In this document: positions 10,543 to 21,650 of the stretch, piece after piece
Layout: each line of letters begins with the position of its first letter
How positions within the stretch are numbered: the first letter of the stretch is position 1
Assembly: GCA_017451295.1 (NCBI GenBank)
Contig: JAFSPW010000110.1
Span: 40,213 to 104,212, forward strand
DNA: 64,000 bases
Reading direction: 5' to 3'
DNA from: Clostridia bacterium
GTDB taxonomy: Bacteria > Bacillota > Clostridia > Christensenellales > CAG-138
Position numbers and translations under genes: made by a program
Notes under the pieces: generated by a model
What the model saw: only the letters and a program-made list of their open reading frames with translations
Told to the model about the DNA's origin: nothing
Database searches by the model: none

Positions 10543-11410
10543 ATAGATGCACTTTCAGCTGGACCCGGCCCTCTGTCACCTGGCCCAGGCCCATAAACTC
10601 CTTGCCGCAATACAGCCGCACCAAGCCCTCCCCTGCCCGCACATCCGTGGGAAGGCCGTTTTTGGTGGGCACCAAGCGGTCGGCCTTGAGCACCAGAGGG
10701 GCATAGCCTAAGAGGGCATCCTCGCAGCAGACCAGGCACTTTTCAAGGCTCCCCTGCTCCTTCAAAGCCGTCAGCTCCTCCATGGTGAAGCTATGCTCCA
10801 GGGAGAAGGGGCCGGAACGGGTGCGAAGCAGAGCGCCCATATGGCCGCAGGTGCCAAGGGCATGGCCCAAGTCATGGCAGACGGTCCGCACATAGGTGCC
10901 CCGAGAGCAGGTCATCTCCATGAGAAAACGCCCCTCCCCCGTCTGCCGGAGCAGATGTAGCCGGGAGATGGTCACAGGTCGCTGCTTCTCGGGGACTTCC
11001 TTTCCCTGCAGCGCAAGGTCGTACAGCTTTTTGCCATTGCTCTTTAAGGCGGAAAAGGCGGGGGCTATCTGGACAATCTCCCCCAAAAAGGCCCCTAAGG
11101 CCGCCTCTACGGCAGAGGCTTGCACCTCTTTGGTGCCCTCCTCCACTATCTTGCCGAAGCTGTCCTGGGTGTCGGTGGCGGTGCCTAAGATGAGTTCAAA
11201 GCGATAGGTCTTATCCTTATCCACCAGATAATCAAAGAGCCGCACCGCTCGGCCCACGCACACCGGCAGAACCCCGGCGGCTCCCGGGTCCAGGGTGCCC
11301 AGGTGGCCCACCCGCTTCTGCTCGAAGAGGCGGCGCACGAAGACCACCCCATCGGAGCTGGACATGCCGGGGGGCTTTAGCAAGGGGACGATGCCCTCCC
11401 CTGTGTTCAT
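10535..11410 (-). CDS. truB: tRNA pseudouridine(55) synthase
   Basis: KPPGMSSSDGV...VGHLGTLDPGAAGVLPV contains the catalytic Asp motif (GTLDP). Operon position fits. Confidence 0.92.
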   Translation of the reverse strand: MNTGEGIVPLLKPPGMSSSDGVVFVRRLFEQKRVGHLGTLDPGAAGVLPVCVGRAVRLFDYLVDKDKTYRFELILGTATDTQDSFGKIVEEGTKEVQASAVEAALGAFLGEIVQIAPAFSALKSNGKKLYDLALQGKEVPEKQRPVTISRLHLLRQTGEGRFLMEMTCSRGTYVRTVCHDLGHALGTCGHMGALLRTRSGPFSLEHSFTMEELTALKEQGSLEKCLVCCEDALLGYAPLVLKADRLVPTKNGLPTDVRAGEGLVRLYCGKEFMGLGQVTEGRVQLKVHLYE

Positions 11411-12387
11411 AGCGTTTCTCCCTTTTGGAAGGCGGTCAATAGGGCTTCGGTAATCATAGCCTGGGCCGTGGGCAAATCTGCATGGATGGTGGCTCCCGCC
11501 GCCCGGATATGGCCGCCGCCCCCAAAGCGCTGGGCCAGGGTGGCACAGTCCACCTTGTCCTTAGAGCGAAGGCTCAGCTTCACCTCTTTTGGACCGCACT
11601 GCCGCAAAAAGCAGGCGGCCTGCACGGTTTCCACATCTCTAAGTTCGTCCACGATGCCGTCGCAATCCGCATCTATGGCACAAAGTTCACGCATCTCTGA
11701 AAGGCTCACGGCGCTGATAGCCACCTGGTTGTCTTCATAGAAGCGGGCGTTCTCCACCGCCCGGCTAAGGAGCCGAAGTTTTGGCAGGCGCTTGTTCCGA
11801 TACAGGCGACGATTGGCTTCGTATAAATCAAAACCGCTTTCCCGGACCTCGCTCATGAGCCGGAAGGTGCGGGGGGATACGGAGTTATAGGCAAAGTTTC
11901 CCGTGTCCGTGGACAAAGCCGTGTAGAGGCACAGACCCGCCTCCGGGCTCATGGGCACGCCCATGGCCTCATACAGCAGGCAAACGAGCTCCCCTGCGGC
12001 GGCACAGTCCTCGATATAGTTTACATCCGCAAAACCCTGGCCCCTATAGCCGGGATTGGTGATATGGTGGTCGATGCAGAGGCTGGGCTTCCCGGCGGCA
12101 CGCTGGGCGCCTATGCCGGCTCGCTCTAAGTCGGCACAGTCCACAAACACCGCCGCCTCTGCCTCCGCCTGCCGGTCGGGAGGGAGGATTTCACCTGCCC
12201 CGGGCAAAAAGGCGTACAGATGGGGCACCGGGTGGTCACAGCAGACCAGGGCGCTCTTGCCCATCTGCTGCAGCAGCGCCTGCAAGGCCAGGTTGGAGCC
12301 CAGGGTGTCCCCATCCGGGGAGACGTGGGCAAACAGCAGGAAGCTCTGGTACCGGTTCAAAAAGGCGACGGCATCATGTAGGCTCAT
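11407..12387 (-). CDS. nrnA: DHH/DHHA1 phosphoesterase (NrnA-like oligoribonuclease/pAp phosphatase)
   Basis: HVSPDGDTLGS, CIDHH and C-terminal FGGGGHIRAAG motifs. 4-nt overlap with truB. Confidence 0.7.
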   Translation of the reverse strand: MSLHDAVAFLNRYQSFLLFAHVSPDGDTLGSNLALQALLQQMGKSALVCCDHPVPHLYAFLPGAGEILPPDRQAEAEAAVFVDCADLERAGIGAQRAAGKPSLCIDHHITNPGYRGQGFADVNYIEDCAAAGELVCLLYEAMGVPMSPEAGLCLYTALSTDTGNFAYNSVSPRTFRLMSEVRESGFDLYEANRRLYRNKRLPKLRLLSRAVENARFYEDNQVAISAVSLSEMRELCAIDADCDGIVDELRDVETVQAACFLRQCGPKEVKLSLRSKDKVDCATLAQRFGGGGHIRAAGATIHADLPTAQAMITEALLTAFQKGETL

Positions 12388-12742
12388 GCTCGTCCTTCTC
12401 CCGGTTCAACTGGTTGAGTACCTCTGCGATGTGGACGCTGTAGGCGATGCCTTGGTCCAGGGTGAAGCTGAACTTGGGAATGGCCCGAATCTGCATCCGC
12501 TTCCCCAGCTCCCAGCCGATGTGCCCGGCGGCGCTGTTCAGGGTGCGGATGGTGGCGCTGCGGACCGCTTCGTCCTGGTCATAGACGGAGACGCTGACCT
12601 TGCAGTACTTCAAATCCCTGGTCACATTCACCTCGGAGATGGTGGTCATGGAGGAGATGCGGGGGTCCTTCATATCAAAGATAATGGCGGAGAGGGTCTT
12701 TTTAATCTCCTCGTTCAGCCGTTCGGTTCGATTGTTTGCCAT
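12374..12742 (-). CDS. rbfA: Ribosome-binding factor A
   Basis: 122 aa; RTERLNEEIKKTLSAIIF...DPRI...ISEVNVTRDLKYCKVSVSV is the RbfA signature. Downstream of infB. Confidence 0.9.
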   Translation of the reverse strand: MANNRTERLNEEIKKTLSAIIFDMKDPRISSMTTISEVNVTRDLKYCKVSVSVYDQDEAVRSATIRTLNSAAGHIGWELGKRMQIRAIPKFSFTLDQGIAYSVHIAEVLNQLNREKDEHEPT

Positions 12743-12802
12743 ACTGATTCTCCTTTTGTCTAAAAAACGGGCGCCAGAGGACGCCCGCCGGGTTGGTTTT
12801 GT

Positions 12803-15304
12803 TTAGCGCTCCACCTGCTCCATGGTGTAGGCTTCGATGACATCCCCTTCGTGGATGTCGTTGAAGTTCTCAAACGAGATGCCGCACTCGTAGCCGGTGG
12901 CGACTTCCTTCACATCGTCCTTGAACCGGCGCAGGGAGGAAATCTTTCCGTCGTAGACCACAACGCCGTCCCGGACCACCCGGACCTGGGCGGAACGGGT
13001 GACCTTGCCGTCCTGGACATAGCCGCCGGCGATGGTGCCCACGCCGCTGATTTTGAAGGTGTTGCGGACGGAAATCCGACCCATATCCACCTCTTTGAAC
13101 ACGGGCTTAAACATGCCCTTCATGGCGGCCTGCACATCCTCGATGGCGTTATAGATGACCCGGTAGGTCCGCACGTCCACCTTCTCCTTCTCGGCCGTGG
13201 CGCGGGCGGCACCGTCGGGGCGGACATTGAAGCCGATGACGATGGCGTTGCTGGCGGAGGCGAACATAACGTCGCTCTCCGTGATGGCGCCAACGGCGGC
13301 ATGGATGCAGCGGACACGGACCTCGTCGTTGGAGAGCTTCTCCAAGGACTGCTTCACGGCCTCGGCAGAGCCCTGCACATCGGCCTTGATGATGATGTTC
13401 AAGTCCTTCAGCTCGCCTTCGGCCATCTGGTTGAACAATTCGTCCAAGGACACCTTCTGCTTGGCCATAATCTGGGCGGCCTTAATCTTGTCCTTGCGCT
13501 CCTCCGCCACCTGACGGGTCAGCTTATCGGCATCGGCCACGTTCATGACGTCGCCGGCTTCGGGAACCTCGTTGAAGCCCAAAATCTCCACGGGCGTGGA
13601 GGGACCGGCACTGTTGACACTGCGGCCCTTATCGTCAATCATGGCCCGGATACGGCCATAGGCGGTTCCGGCGATGATAGTGTCTCCTTTTTTTAGCGTG
13701 CCATTCTGCACAAGAACGGTGGCGAGGGGACCCCGGGACTTGTCGAGCTTGGCTTCGATGACCGTGCCCTTAGCAAGGCGATTGGGGTTGGCCTTGAGCT
13801 CGAGCACATCGGCCTGAAGCAGCACCATCTCAAGCAGCGTGTCCAGATTCTGGTTCTTCTTGGCAGAGACGGGCACCACGATGGTATCGCCGCCCCAGTC
13901 CTCAGAGACCAGGCCGTATTCCGTCAGCTGCTGGGTGACCCGGTCCGGATCGGCGCCGGGCTTATCAATCTTGTTCACCGCCACCACGATGGGCACGTTG
14001 GCGGCTTTGGCATGGTTGATGGCTTCCACGGTCTGGGGCATGATGCCGTCATCCGCCGCCACCACCAGAATGACGATATCCGTCACCTGCGCGCCCCGGG
14101 CACGCATGGAGGTGAACGCCTCGTGACCCGGCGTGTCGATGAAGGTGATTTGGCGGCCCTTGCACATGACGGTATAGGCACCGATGTGCTGGGTGATGCC
14201 GCCGGCTTCCCCTGCCGTCACGTTGCTGTGGCGGAAGGCATCCAGCAGGGAGGTCTTGCCGTGGTCCACGTGACCCATGATGGTGACCACCGGGGGACGG
14301 GGCTGGAGCTGGTCCTCCCGATCCTCCTCCTCGGCATTGTCGGTGAGCACGTCCTCATAGGACTTGGCCAGCTGCTGCTCCAGGGTGATGTTATAATCGC
14401 TGGCAATCAGTTCGCAGGTATCAAAGTCAATCTCCTGGTTGATGGTGGCCATGATGCCCAGCAGGAACAGCTTCTTGATGATTTCGGCGGCGGGCTTGCC
14501 AATCTTCTCGGACAGATCCTTGACCGTGATGGTCTCGGAGGTAATCACCGCATGCTCAATCACGACCGGTGCGGGCTTGACCGCCTCCTGCTTGTTGCTC
14601 TTGCCCTTGCGGCGGTTGCCCATGGAACCGTCTTCGTCCCACACCACCGAGGGTCCGTTCTCTCGCTGCATAGCTTTCTTGTTCTTAGCTTTCTTATCCT
14701 TATCGTAGGAATTGTTGTTCTTCTTGTTCTGATCCCGAGATCCCGCACTGGGATTGATGACCACAGCCCGGTTGCCGGAAGGAGCGCTCTGGGGCCGCTC
14801 CGGCCGAGGAGGACGCTGGTCCTTGCGGGGGGCGTTTGCACCCGTTTGCCCGGCGGGCTGGGTGGGACGGGGACCGTTATTGCGGCGCTCGGCCTGGGGT
14901 GCGGCGGGACGGGGCCGACTGGGCTCCGCTACATAAGCCGGTTTCTCCTCGGGCTTGGGCGCAGGGGCAACAGGGGGTTCCGGGGCAGCCGGCGGCTCCG
15001 GTGCGGCGGCGGGGGTTTCTGCCGCTGCTACAGAATCGGCCTGCCGGGCCTCGTTCACCTGGTCCTGAGCATCCACCACATAGGCGTTGGTTTCCCCGGA
15101 TTCGAGGAATTTTTTCAGCCGTTCAGCCTTCTGCTTTTCGGCCTGCTCCCGCTGCTGCCGCTGCTCCTTCTCCAGGAGCTTCGCTTCTGCGCCGCGAGCC
15201 TCGCTCAACAGGGCGGCCACCGCCTCCCGGTTGGCCTTAATCTTTTCCAGCAGACCTTGCGCCTGGGTCTTTACGGTTTTTGCAGTATCAAAATAGTTTG
15301 CCAT
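12803..15304 (-). CDS. infB: Translation initiation factor IF-2
   Basis: 833 aa. GTPase core [27 protein letters not shown]. Low-complexity Pro/Ala/Lys N-terminal region. Confidence 0.97.
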   Translation of the reverse strand: MANYFDTAKTVKTQAQGLLEKIKANREAVAALLSEARGAEAKLLEKEQRQQREQAEKQKAERLKKFLESGETNAYVVDAQDQVNEARQADSVAAAETPAAAPEPPAAPEPPVAPAPKPEEKPAYVAEPSRPRPAAPQAERRNNGPRPTQPAGQTGANAPRKDQRPPRPERPQSAPSGNRAVVINPSAGSRDQNKKNNNSYDKDKKAKNKKAMQRENGPSVVWDEDGSMGNRRKGKSNKQEAVKPAPVVIEHAVITSETITVKDLSEKIGKPAAEIIKKLFLLGIMATINQEIDFDTCELIASDYNITLEQQLAKSYEDVLTDNAEEEDREDQLQPRPPVVTIMGHVDHGKTSLLDAFRHSNVTAGEAGGITQHIGAYTVMCKGRQITFIDTPGHEAFTSMRARGAQVTDIVILVVAADDGIMPQTVEAINHAKAANVPIVVAVNKIDKPGADPDRVTQQLTEYGLVSEDWGGDTIVVPVSAKKNQNLDTLLEMVLLQADVLELKANPNRLAKGTVIEAKLDKSRGPLATVLVQNGTLKKGDTIIAGTAYGRIRAMIDDKGRSVNSAGPSTPVEILGFNEVPEAGDVMNVADADKLTRQVAEERKDKIKAAQIMAKQKVSLDELFNQMAEGELKDLNIIIKADVQGSAEAVKQSLEKLSNDEVRVRCIHAAVGAITESDVMFASASNAIVIGFNVRPDGAARATAEKEKVDVRTYRVIYNAIEDVQAAMKGMFKPVFKEVDMGRISVRNTFKISGVGTIAGGYVQDGKVTRSAQVRVVRDGVVVYDGKISSLRRFKDDVKEVATGYECGISFENFNDIHEGDVIEAYTMEQVER

Positions 15305-15308
15305 GTAT

Positions 15309-15623
15309 TCAACCCCCTACTTGCGTTTGGGATGCCAAAGCATCCTGTATCATTCGTGCAAATCCTGCGTCCGTCACCGCCATGACGATGTGGCTTGGCT
15401 TGCCGATGGCCTTGCCCACCTCGGGGACAAGAACCAAGGGCACGCTGTGACGAGTACACAGGGCGGCGTATCTATCCTTTGTGGCCTCGGCCGCCGCCTG
15501 CTCTAACAGCATCAGTTTTGCCTTGCCGCTTTCTACGGCACGACTGGCGGCAAAGTCGCCGCTTTGGCACTTCCCGGCCCGGCGGCATAGGCCCAGGCTG
15601 TTAAAAAGTCGAGTCTGCTCCAC
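15309..15623 (-). CDS. ylxQ: L7Ae-family RNA-binding protein YlxQ
   Basis: LGLCRRAGK...[12 protein letters not shown] pattern of the L7Ae/YlxQ family between ylxR and infB. Track start 15629 is TTG abutting the RBS; GTG 15623 lies 6 nt after AGAGGTGA. Confidence 0.7.
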   Translation of the reverse strand: MEQTRLFNSLGLCRRAGKCQSGDFAASRAVESGKAKLMLLEQAAAEATKDRYAALCTRHSVPLVLVPEVGKAIGKPSHIVMAVTDAGFARMIQDALASQTQVGG

Positions 15624-15861
15624 AGGCAATCACCTCTTTGAGGCTCGCCTTGGTCTCTTCCGACAAAGGCTGCTCCAATGCGCGCTCCAAGGCCCGGGTT
15701 TTGAAAGCCTTCATCAAGCAGGCCTCACTTTTGCACAGATACGCACCCCGACCGTTTTTCCGGCCCGTTTCATCGGCAACGATTTGGCCTTCCTGCGTGC
15801 GTACCACCCGAACGAGCTCCTTCTTGGGCTTCATTTCCCGACAGGCCACGCACATACGCAT
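15601..15861 (-). CDS. ylxR: YlxR/RnpM (DUF448) RNA-binding protein
   Basis: [19 protein letters not shown]...GRGAYLC is the DUF448 signature. Start is ATG 15861 or TTG 15879, just after the nusA stop at 15881. Confidence 0.8.
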   Translation of the reverse strand: MRMCVACREMKPKKELVRVVRTQEGQIVADETGRKNGRGAYLCKSEACLMKAFKTRALERALEQPLSEETKASLKEVIACGADSTF

Positions 15862-15880
15862 GGGAACTTTTTTTACCAAT

Positions 15881-16939
15881 TTATGCCTCCGAATCGGCCA
15901 TGGCGGACTCCGCCTGGCTCTGGCTCTTGATGTCAATCTTCCAGCCGGTGAGCTTTGCGGCCAGGCGTGCGTTCTGCCCCTCCTTGCCGATAGCCAAGGA
16001 CAGCTGGTTGTCGGGAACGATGACCCGGGCGGCCTTCTCCTCCTCGTTGATATAGACCATGAGGACCTTCGCCGGGCTCAGGGCCTTGGCGATATAGATG
16101 GCGTTGTCCGGATCCCACTCGATGATGTCGATCTTCTCGTTGCCAATCTCGTTGCAGATGCGCTCCACGCGAGCGCCCCGCTGCCCCACGCAGGAGCCCA
16201 CGGCATCCACCTGGGGATCCGTGGAGAACACGGCAATCTTGGTGCGGAAGCCTGCCTCCCGGGCGATGGACTTAATCTGCACCACGCCGGACATGATTTC
16301 GGGCACTTCCATTTCAAACAGGCGCTTGATAAGGCCCGGATGGGTACGGGACACCAGCACCTGGGGACCGCGGCTGTCCTTGCGGACCTCCAGCACATAG
16401 ACCTTGACCCGCTGATTGTTCTCGTAGGTCTCGCCGGGAATCATTTCGTTGGCGGTCAAGATACCGTCGGTCTTGCCCAATTCCACATAGGCGTTGCCCT
16501 TCTCCACCCGCTGAACGATGGCGGTGAGAATCTCGTTCTCCTTCTCGGCATACTCCTCATAGATGTTGCCCCGCTCCGCTTCCCGAATGCGCTGGACCAC
16601 CACCTGCTTGGCGGTTTGGGCGGCGATGCGGCCGAACTTGCGGGTGTCGGCTTCCTCCTCCACCACATCGCCCACCTCGTAGAGGGAGTTAAGCTTCTTG
16701 GCCTGCTCCAAAGACATCTCCACCGTGGGGTCGTTGACCTCCTCCACCACGGTCTTGCTGGCATAGATGTGGATTTCGCCGGTGCTGCCGTCGATTTCCG
16801 CCCGCATGTTGCCCTGGGAATTGTAGTTGCGCTTATAGGCGAAGATTAAAGCGGATTCCACCGTGGACAAAAGCACGTCCTTGTTGATGCCTTTTTCCTT
16901 TTCCAGTGCGTTGAGAGCCTCGATAAAATCTAAGTTCAT
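15881..16939 (-). CDS. nusA: Transcription termination/antitermination factor NusA
   Basis: 352 aa. N-terminal domain, S1 ([14 protein letters not shown]..) and two KH domains ([20 protein letters not shown]). Confidence 0.95.
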   Translation of the reverse strand: MNLDFIEALNALEKEKGINKDVLLSTVESALIFAYKRNYNSQGNMRAEIDGSTGEIHIYASKTVVEEVNDPTVEMSLEQAKKLNSLYEVGDVVEEEADTRKFGRIAAQTAKQVVVQRIREAERGNIYEEYAEKENEILTAIVQRVEKGNAYVELGKTDGILTANEMIPGETYENNQRVKVYVLEVRKDSRGPQVLVSRTHPGLIKRLFEMEVPEIMSGVVQIKSIAREAGFRTKIAVFSTDPQVDAVGSCVGQRGARVERICNEIGNEKIDIIEWDPDNAIYIAKALSPAKVLMVYINEEEKAARVIVPDNQLSLAIGKEGQNARLAAKLTGWKIDIKSQSQAESAMADSEA

Positions 16940-16963
16940 TGTCGTTTCCCTTTCATTGGTATC

Positions 16964-17434
16964 TTAAAATTCAATATAGGGGCGGATTAGCGCCGCCTGC
17001 TTCTTTTGAATGCTGTGTTCCTTGCCGCCCTCGGTTTTTATGGTGAAGCTGTCCTCATCATAGGCCGTCAAAAGACCGTGGAGCTGCTTCAGGCTCTTTC
17101 CGGAGGGCATTTTCAGCGGCGAATAGAGCTTGACCTCTATATCCTTTCCCAGATTTCGCTCATAATCCTTAGGGAGCTTTAAGGGACGGTCCAGCCCCAG
17201 GCTGCTGACAGAGAGGGTGTAGGCCTGCTCGATGGGGTCCTGCTCGTCCAAAATGGGCTCCAGGGCACGGCTGACCGCTTCGCAGTCCTCGATGGTGACG
17301 CCGCCTTCCTTATCTATATAGAAGGTGAGCACCCAGTCCCCGAACTCCTTTTGGAACTCCACATCCCAGAGCACAAAGCCCATCTGTTCGACGGTGCTTT
17401 GGCACAGCTGCTGGCAAACATCCGTAACCTTCAA
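16964..17434 (-). CDS. rimP: Ribosome maturation factor RimP
   Basis: GFVLWDVEFQKEFGDWVLTFYIDKEGGVTIEDCEAVSRAL is the RimP pattern. Start re-set to TTG 17434, 6 nt after GGGAGG. First gene of the nusA operon. Confidence 0.85.
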   Translation of the reverse strand: MKVTDVCQQLCQSTVEQMGFVLWDVEFQKEFGDWVLTFYIDKEGGVTIEDCEAVSRALEPILDEQDPIEQAYTLSVSSLGLDRPLKLPKDYERNLGKDIEVKLYSPLKMPSGKSLKQLHGLLTAYDEDSFTIKTEGGKEHSIQKKQAALIRPYIEF

Positions 17435-17538
17435 TGGCTGCCTCCCTTTCAAAATGAAAGAGTGGGTCGCCCCACTCTCCACATTCGTTCACATTCCAAC
17501 GATGGCAGTATACCACAGCTGTTTCAAAAGTGCAAGCC

Positions 17539-18126
17539 CTATTTCAGGGTTCCTGAGACGAGATACATCTGCTCATCATCCACACAGGCGGTTATGTCCA
17601 CATACCCCTCCAGCAAGGCGGCAAGCTCCCTCGCCGGCGGCAGGCTGACAGACACATTCTTAGCTGCTCCCATATGATGGGCCGCCAGCTGCTCCCGGCT
17701 CATACCGTGGGCGATGGTCAGCGTGCCCCCGAAAGCGAGCAAGCCCGTCAAATGGGAAACGAGTCCCTTCGGGTCGCAAAAATGCGGGAATGCATTGTAG
17801 ATTAAGATGCAGTCGAAGGGTTCTTTATAGGTAACCGCGCCCGCATCCTCGCACAGGATACGAACCTTCGGACAGGCGGCAAACTTTTCCCCGGCCAGCT
17901 GGGCCATCTTGGGGGAAATATCCACCCCCACCACCAAAGAAGCACCTCGATTCAAATAGTCCCCTATCAGAACGCCGGTGCCGCAGGCCACATCCAGCAC
18001 TCGCTTTCCTTCCCTCACCTGGGCGGCATCCAAAATGGCGGCGATGACCCGCTCGTTGCGCCGGATGCCGGCATCCCATTGGGGGGCCAGCCTGTCGAAA
18101 AACTCGATTACATCCCGATTCTGCAT
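17539..18126 (-). CDS. Class I SAM-dependent methyltransferase
   Basis: VLDVACGTGVL (motif I) in a 195-aa Rossmann-type protein. Confidence 0.7.
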   Translation of the reverse strand: MQNRDVIEFFDRLAPQWDAGIRRNERVIAAILDAAQVREGKRVLDVACGTGVLIGDYLNRGASLVVGVDISPKMAQLAGEKFAACPKVRILCEDAGAVTYKEPFDCILIYNAFPHFCDPKGLVSHLTGLLAFGGTLTIAHGMSREQLAAHHMGAAKNVSVSLPPARELAALLEGYVDITACVDDEQMYLVSGTLK

Positions 18127-18149
18127 GGCTTTCTCCTACAACAGCCGCT

Positions 18150-18181
18150 TCAAAAGAATCCCCCTGTCAAGCGGCAGGGGG
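18150..18181 (-). terminator. Intrinsic terminator after the decarboxylase operon
   Basis: Minus-strand CCCCCTG-ccgcttga-CAGGGGG followed by ATTCTTTTG, 20 nt after the oadA stop. Confidence 0.5.
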
Positions 18182-18200
18182 ACAGCAACGGTGGCTTAGA

Positions 18201-19637
18201 TTAGAGGGACAGGTCCTCCACATACAGCTCCCGCACGGTGTTTGCGGCGGGGGCGGCTTCCTTCTTGGGGGCTTCGGGCTTTGCTTCCGGCTCCACAAGG
18301 CCGTCACGCACGTCGAAGAACTTGGTGGCAACCTGGGGGAAGAGGGCGTAGCTGAGCACATCCTCCTCCTGCTTGGCCCGATCGCCCAGCTCCTTCCTGT
18401 ACTTCTCCAGCTCCGGCTCCAGCAGGTCGGCCGGGCGGCAGGTGATGACCTTCTCGTCGCCGATGGCCATCTTGCGGACCTCCTCGTTCACTTCGCCGGG
18501 GAGCTTGCCGTAGGCGCCGCGAAGCAGCTCCTTGGAGTTGTTGGGGAAGGTCTTGTAGCGGCCCATCAGCACGTTGAACACGGCCTGGGTGCCCACAATC
18601 TGGCTGGTGGGGGTCACCAGGGGGGGATAGCCAAAGTCCTTGCGGACCCGGGGAATCTCAGCGAGCACCTCATAATATTTATCCTCGGCGCCGGCATCCT
18701 TGAGCTGCTTGACCAGGTTGCTCAGCATCCCGCCGGGCACCTGATAGAGCAGGGTGTTGGTATCCACCATCAGGGACTTGGTGGTGTAGATGCCTTCCTT
18801 CATCATCCGTTCCTGGACGCCTCTGAAGTGCTTGGCCACCTCTGCAAGGGCGGAAAGGTCCAGCCCCGTATCCCGCTCGGTGCCCTTCAAGGTGGCTACC
18901 AGGGATTCGGTGGCGGGCTGGGCGGTGCCGTTGCCGAAGGGGCTCAGGCACGTGTCCACAATGTCCACCCCGGCCTGGGCAGCCATCAGGTTGACCATGT
19001 CGCCGGTGCCGGTGGTGTTGTGGGTGTGCAGATGGATGGGCACAGACACCTCCGCCTTCAGCTTCTTTACGAGGCTGTAGGCATCGTAGGGCAAGAGGAG
19101 GTTCGCCATGTCCTTGATGCAGATAGAGTCGGCCCCCATCTGCACGAGCTCCTTGGCGAGCTTCACAAAGTATTCCTCGCTGTGCACCGGAGAGGTGGTG
19201 TAGCTGAGCGCTGCCTCGCACCAGCCGCCGTACTTCTTGGTGTACTTGATGGCGGCTTCGAGGTTCCGGGTGTCGTTCAGGGCATCGAAGATACGGATGA
19301 TGTCGATACCGTTTTCGATGGCCTTGCGGCAGAAGGCTTCCACCACATCGTCCGCATAGTGCTTATAGCCCAGAATGTTCTGGCCTCTAAAGAGCATCTG
19401 CAGCTTGGTGTTGGGCAGGGCCTTGCGAAGGGTACGCAGCCGCTCCCAGGGGTCCTCGTTCAAGAAGCGAAGGCAGGCGTCGAAGGTGGCGCCGCCCCAA
19501 ACCTCCAAAGACCAGTAGCCGATGGCATCCAGGGCCTCGCAGGCAGGGAGCATATCGCTGATGGGCATACGGGTGGCCGCCTTGCTCTGGTGACCGTCCC
19601 GGAGAATGGTATCTGTGATATAAAGTTTATTTGCCAT
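18201..19637 (-). CDS. oadA: Oxaloacetate decarboxylase alpha subunit, carboxyltransferase (5S-type) domain only
   Basis: ITDTILRDGHQS...HLHTHNTTG motifs of the HMGL-like carboxyltransferase. No biotinyl domain at the C-terminus; it ends in a PEAKPEAPKKEAAPA linker. Confidence 0.8.
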   Translation of the reverse strand: MANKLYITDTILRDGHQSKAATRMPISDMLPACEALDAIGYWSLEVWGGATFDACLRFLNEDPWERLRTLRKALPNTKLQMLFRGQNILGYKHYADDVVEAFCRKAIENGIDIIRIFDALNDTRNLEAAIKYTKKYGGWCEAALSYTTSPVHSEEYFVKLAKELVQMGADSICIKDMANLLLPYDAYSLVKKLKAEVSVPIHLHTHNTTGTGDMVNLMAAQAGVDIVDTCLSPFGNGTAQPATESLVATLKGTERDTGLDLSALAEVAKHFRGVQERMMKEGIYTTKSLMVDTNTLLYQVPGGMLSNLVKQLKDAGAEDKYYEVLAEIPRVRKDFGYPPLVTPTSQIVGTQAVFNVLMGRYKTFPNNSKELLRGAYGKLPGEVNEEVRKMAIGDEKVITCRPADLLEPELEKYRKELGDRAKQEEDVLSYALFPQVATKFFDVRDGLVEPEAKPEAPKKEAAPAANTVRELYVEDLSL

Positions 19638-19645
19638 ATTTCACC

Positions 19646-20818
19646 TCAATGACCAAACAAGGACAGGAACACGCCCGCCGCAATGGCCGAACCGATGACG
19701 CCGGCCACGTTGGGGCCCATGGCATGCATGAGCAGGAAGTTGCCGGGCTTGGCTTTCTGGCCTTCCACCTGGGAGACCCGGGCGGCCATGGGCACGGCAG
19801 ACACACCGGCGGAACCGATGAGGGGGTTGATCTTATCCTTGAGGAACAGGTTCATAAGCTTGGCGAGCAGCACGCCGCCGGCGGTGCCGCCGCCAAAGGC
19901 GAACACGCCCAGAAGGACGATGAGCAAAGTCTGCAGCTTCAGGAAGTTGTCAGCGGTGGCGGTGGCGCCCACGGAGATGCCCAGGAAGATGGTGACGATG
20001 TTGCACAGCTCGTTCTGCGCGGTTTTGCTGAGCCGCTCCGTCACGCCGCACTCCTTAAACAGGTTGCCCAGCATGAGCGAGCCCACCAGGGGCGCCGCAT
20101 CGGGCACCAGGAAGCTGACGAAGATGGTGACAGCGATGGGGAAGATAATCTTCTCCTGCTGGGACACGGCGCGAAGCTGCTTCATGGAAATCTGCCGCTC
20201 GGCCTTGGTGGTAAGCAGCCGCATGATGGGGGGCTGAATGACCGGCACCAGGGCCATATAGGAATAGGCGGCCACAGCCACGGCGCCCAGAATCTCCGGC
20301 GCGAGCTTGGTGGTGACCAGAATGGCCGTGGGGCCGTCCGCACCGCCGATGATGCCGATGGAGGCCGCCTGATTGACGGGGAAGCCCACCAGCAGGGCCA
20401 GCCCATAGGCAAGGTAGATGCCCAACTGCGCCGCAGCGCCCAGAATCAGGGACTTGGGGTTGGCGATGAGGGGGCCAAAGTCCGTCATGGCGCCCACGCC
20501 CATGAAGATGAGGCAGGGATAGATGCCGAGCTTCACGCCCAGGTACAGATAGTCAAGCAGACCGCAGTTCTTGGGATCGGAAAGGGCAGCCCAATCCACA
20601 TGACCTGCATAATATTCCGCATGATAGAGCCCCGCACCCGGCAGGTTGGTCAGCAGCATGCCAAAGGCGATGGGGAGCAACAGCAACGGCTCGAACTTCT
20701 TAACGATAGCCAGATACAGCAGCACGCAGGCCACGGCCAGCATCACAAGCTGCAGAGGGTTATCGAAAATCTGGACGAAACCCGTCGTTTGTAAGAAATC
20801 AAGAATGGCACTGCCCAT
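19646..20818 (-). CDS. oadB: Sodium ion-translocating decarboxylase beta subunit
   Basis: 390-aa polytopic membrane protein ([18 protein letters not shown]) typical of the OadB/GcdB/MmdB family. Confidence 0.85.
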   Translation of the reverse strand: MGSAILDFLQTTGFVQIFDNPLQLVMLAVACVLLYLAIVKKFEPLLLLPIAFGMLLTNLPGAGLYHAEYYAGHVDWAALSDPKNCGLLDYLYLGVKLGIYPCLIFMGVGAMTDFGPLIANPKSLILGAAAQLGIYLAYGLALLVGFPVNQAASIGIIGGADGPTAILVTTKLAPEILGAVAVAAYSYMALVPVIQPPIMRLLTTKAERQISMKQLRAVSQQEKIIFPIAVTIFVSFLVPDAAPLVGSLMLGNLFKECGVTERLSKTAQNELCNIVTIFLGISVGATATADNFLKLQTLLIVLLGVFAFGGGTAGGVLLAKLMNLFLKDKINPLIGSAGVSAVPMAARVSQVEGQKAKPGNFLLMHAMGPNVAGVIGSAIAAGVFLSLFGH

Positions 20819-20836
20819 AGCTTGTTGACCTCACAA

Positions 20837-21196
20837 TCAAGCGATGGTGCACAGCAGCTGGCCGGAGGAAACGGTGGAACCCTTTTGCACGGACAGGTTG
20901 GAGACGGTGCCATCGCAGGGGGCGATAATCTCGTTTTCCATCTTCATGGCTTCGAGAATCATCAGGATGGTGCCGGACTTGACGGCCTGGCCGTTGCTCA
21001 CCCGCACATCGAGGATGTTGCCGGGCATGGGGGCGTTGATGTTCTCGCCCTTGCCGGCGGGGGCAGCGGCGGGAGCGGCGGCGGGGGCAGGTGCAGCCTT
21101 GGGGGCGGCGCCGGAGATTTCCTCCACCTGAACCTGATAGGTGGTTCCGTTGACATTCACATTAAAAGTACGCATAGTTAGCTTTTCCTCCCTCAA
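20837..21196 (-). CDS. Stand-alone biotin carboxyl carrier (biotinyl-domain) protein
   Basis: 119 aa with an Ala/Pro linker and the EAMKMENEI biotinyl-lysine motif. Confidence 0.85.
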   Translation of the reverse strand: MREEKLTMRTFNVNVNGTTYQVQVEEISGAAPKAAPAPAAAPAAAPAGKGENINAPMPGNILDVRVSNGQAVKSGTILMILEAMKMENEIIAPCDGTVSNLSVQKGSTVSSGQLLCTIA

Positions 21197-21525
21197 TCAT
21201 TTACTTTTTTGATAGACAGAATCCGAATCGCGCTCACATCCTCGCCCATAACGGTGGCGATGGCGGCGGAGATGGCAGCCACCATACCCTGGCGGTCTGC
21301 GCTTTGCTGTACCGGCGCAGCCGGAGCCACGCTTTGGGGCGCAGCGGCGACGGCCTTTTGGGCCTCTTTGGCAGCGGAACCGGCCATGATTTTGCCCAGC
21401 AGCGTGATGATGAGAATCAACGCAATCAGGCCCACAAAGACGGTGCCAAAGCCCACCACGAATACCTGGATGAACGGCGTATCAGTGGATGCCGCCGCCA
21501 TTGCCAAACTCATGTTGGTCAACAT
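21193..21525 (-). CDS. oadG: OadG-like decarboxylase gamma subunit
   Basis: Single TM (FVVGFGTVFVGLIALILIITLLG), Ala/Pro linker, C-terminal AAISAAIATVMGE tail as in OadG. Start moved to ATG 21525 after AGGAGGGA. Confidence 0.55.
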   Translation of the reverse strand: MLTNMSLAMAAASTDTPFIQVFVVGFGTVFVGLIALILIITLLGKIMAGSAAKEAQKAVAAAPQSVAPAAPVQQSADRQGMVAAISAAIATVMGEDVSAIRILSIKKVND

Positions 21526-21650
21526 TTTTCCCTCCTGCATTTTTTGTTGCATGACGAGTCTCAATCTAACCCATCTTTCAATGTATTCGACGCTATTCCT
21601 TTTTTTCCTTCCGCTTTTTTGAGAATGAAGGATATATTTTTTCACAAGCT

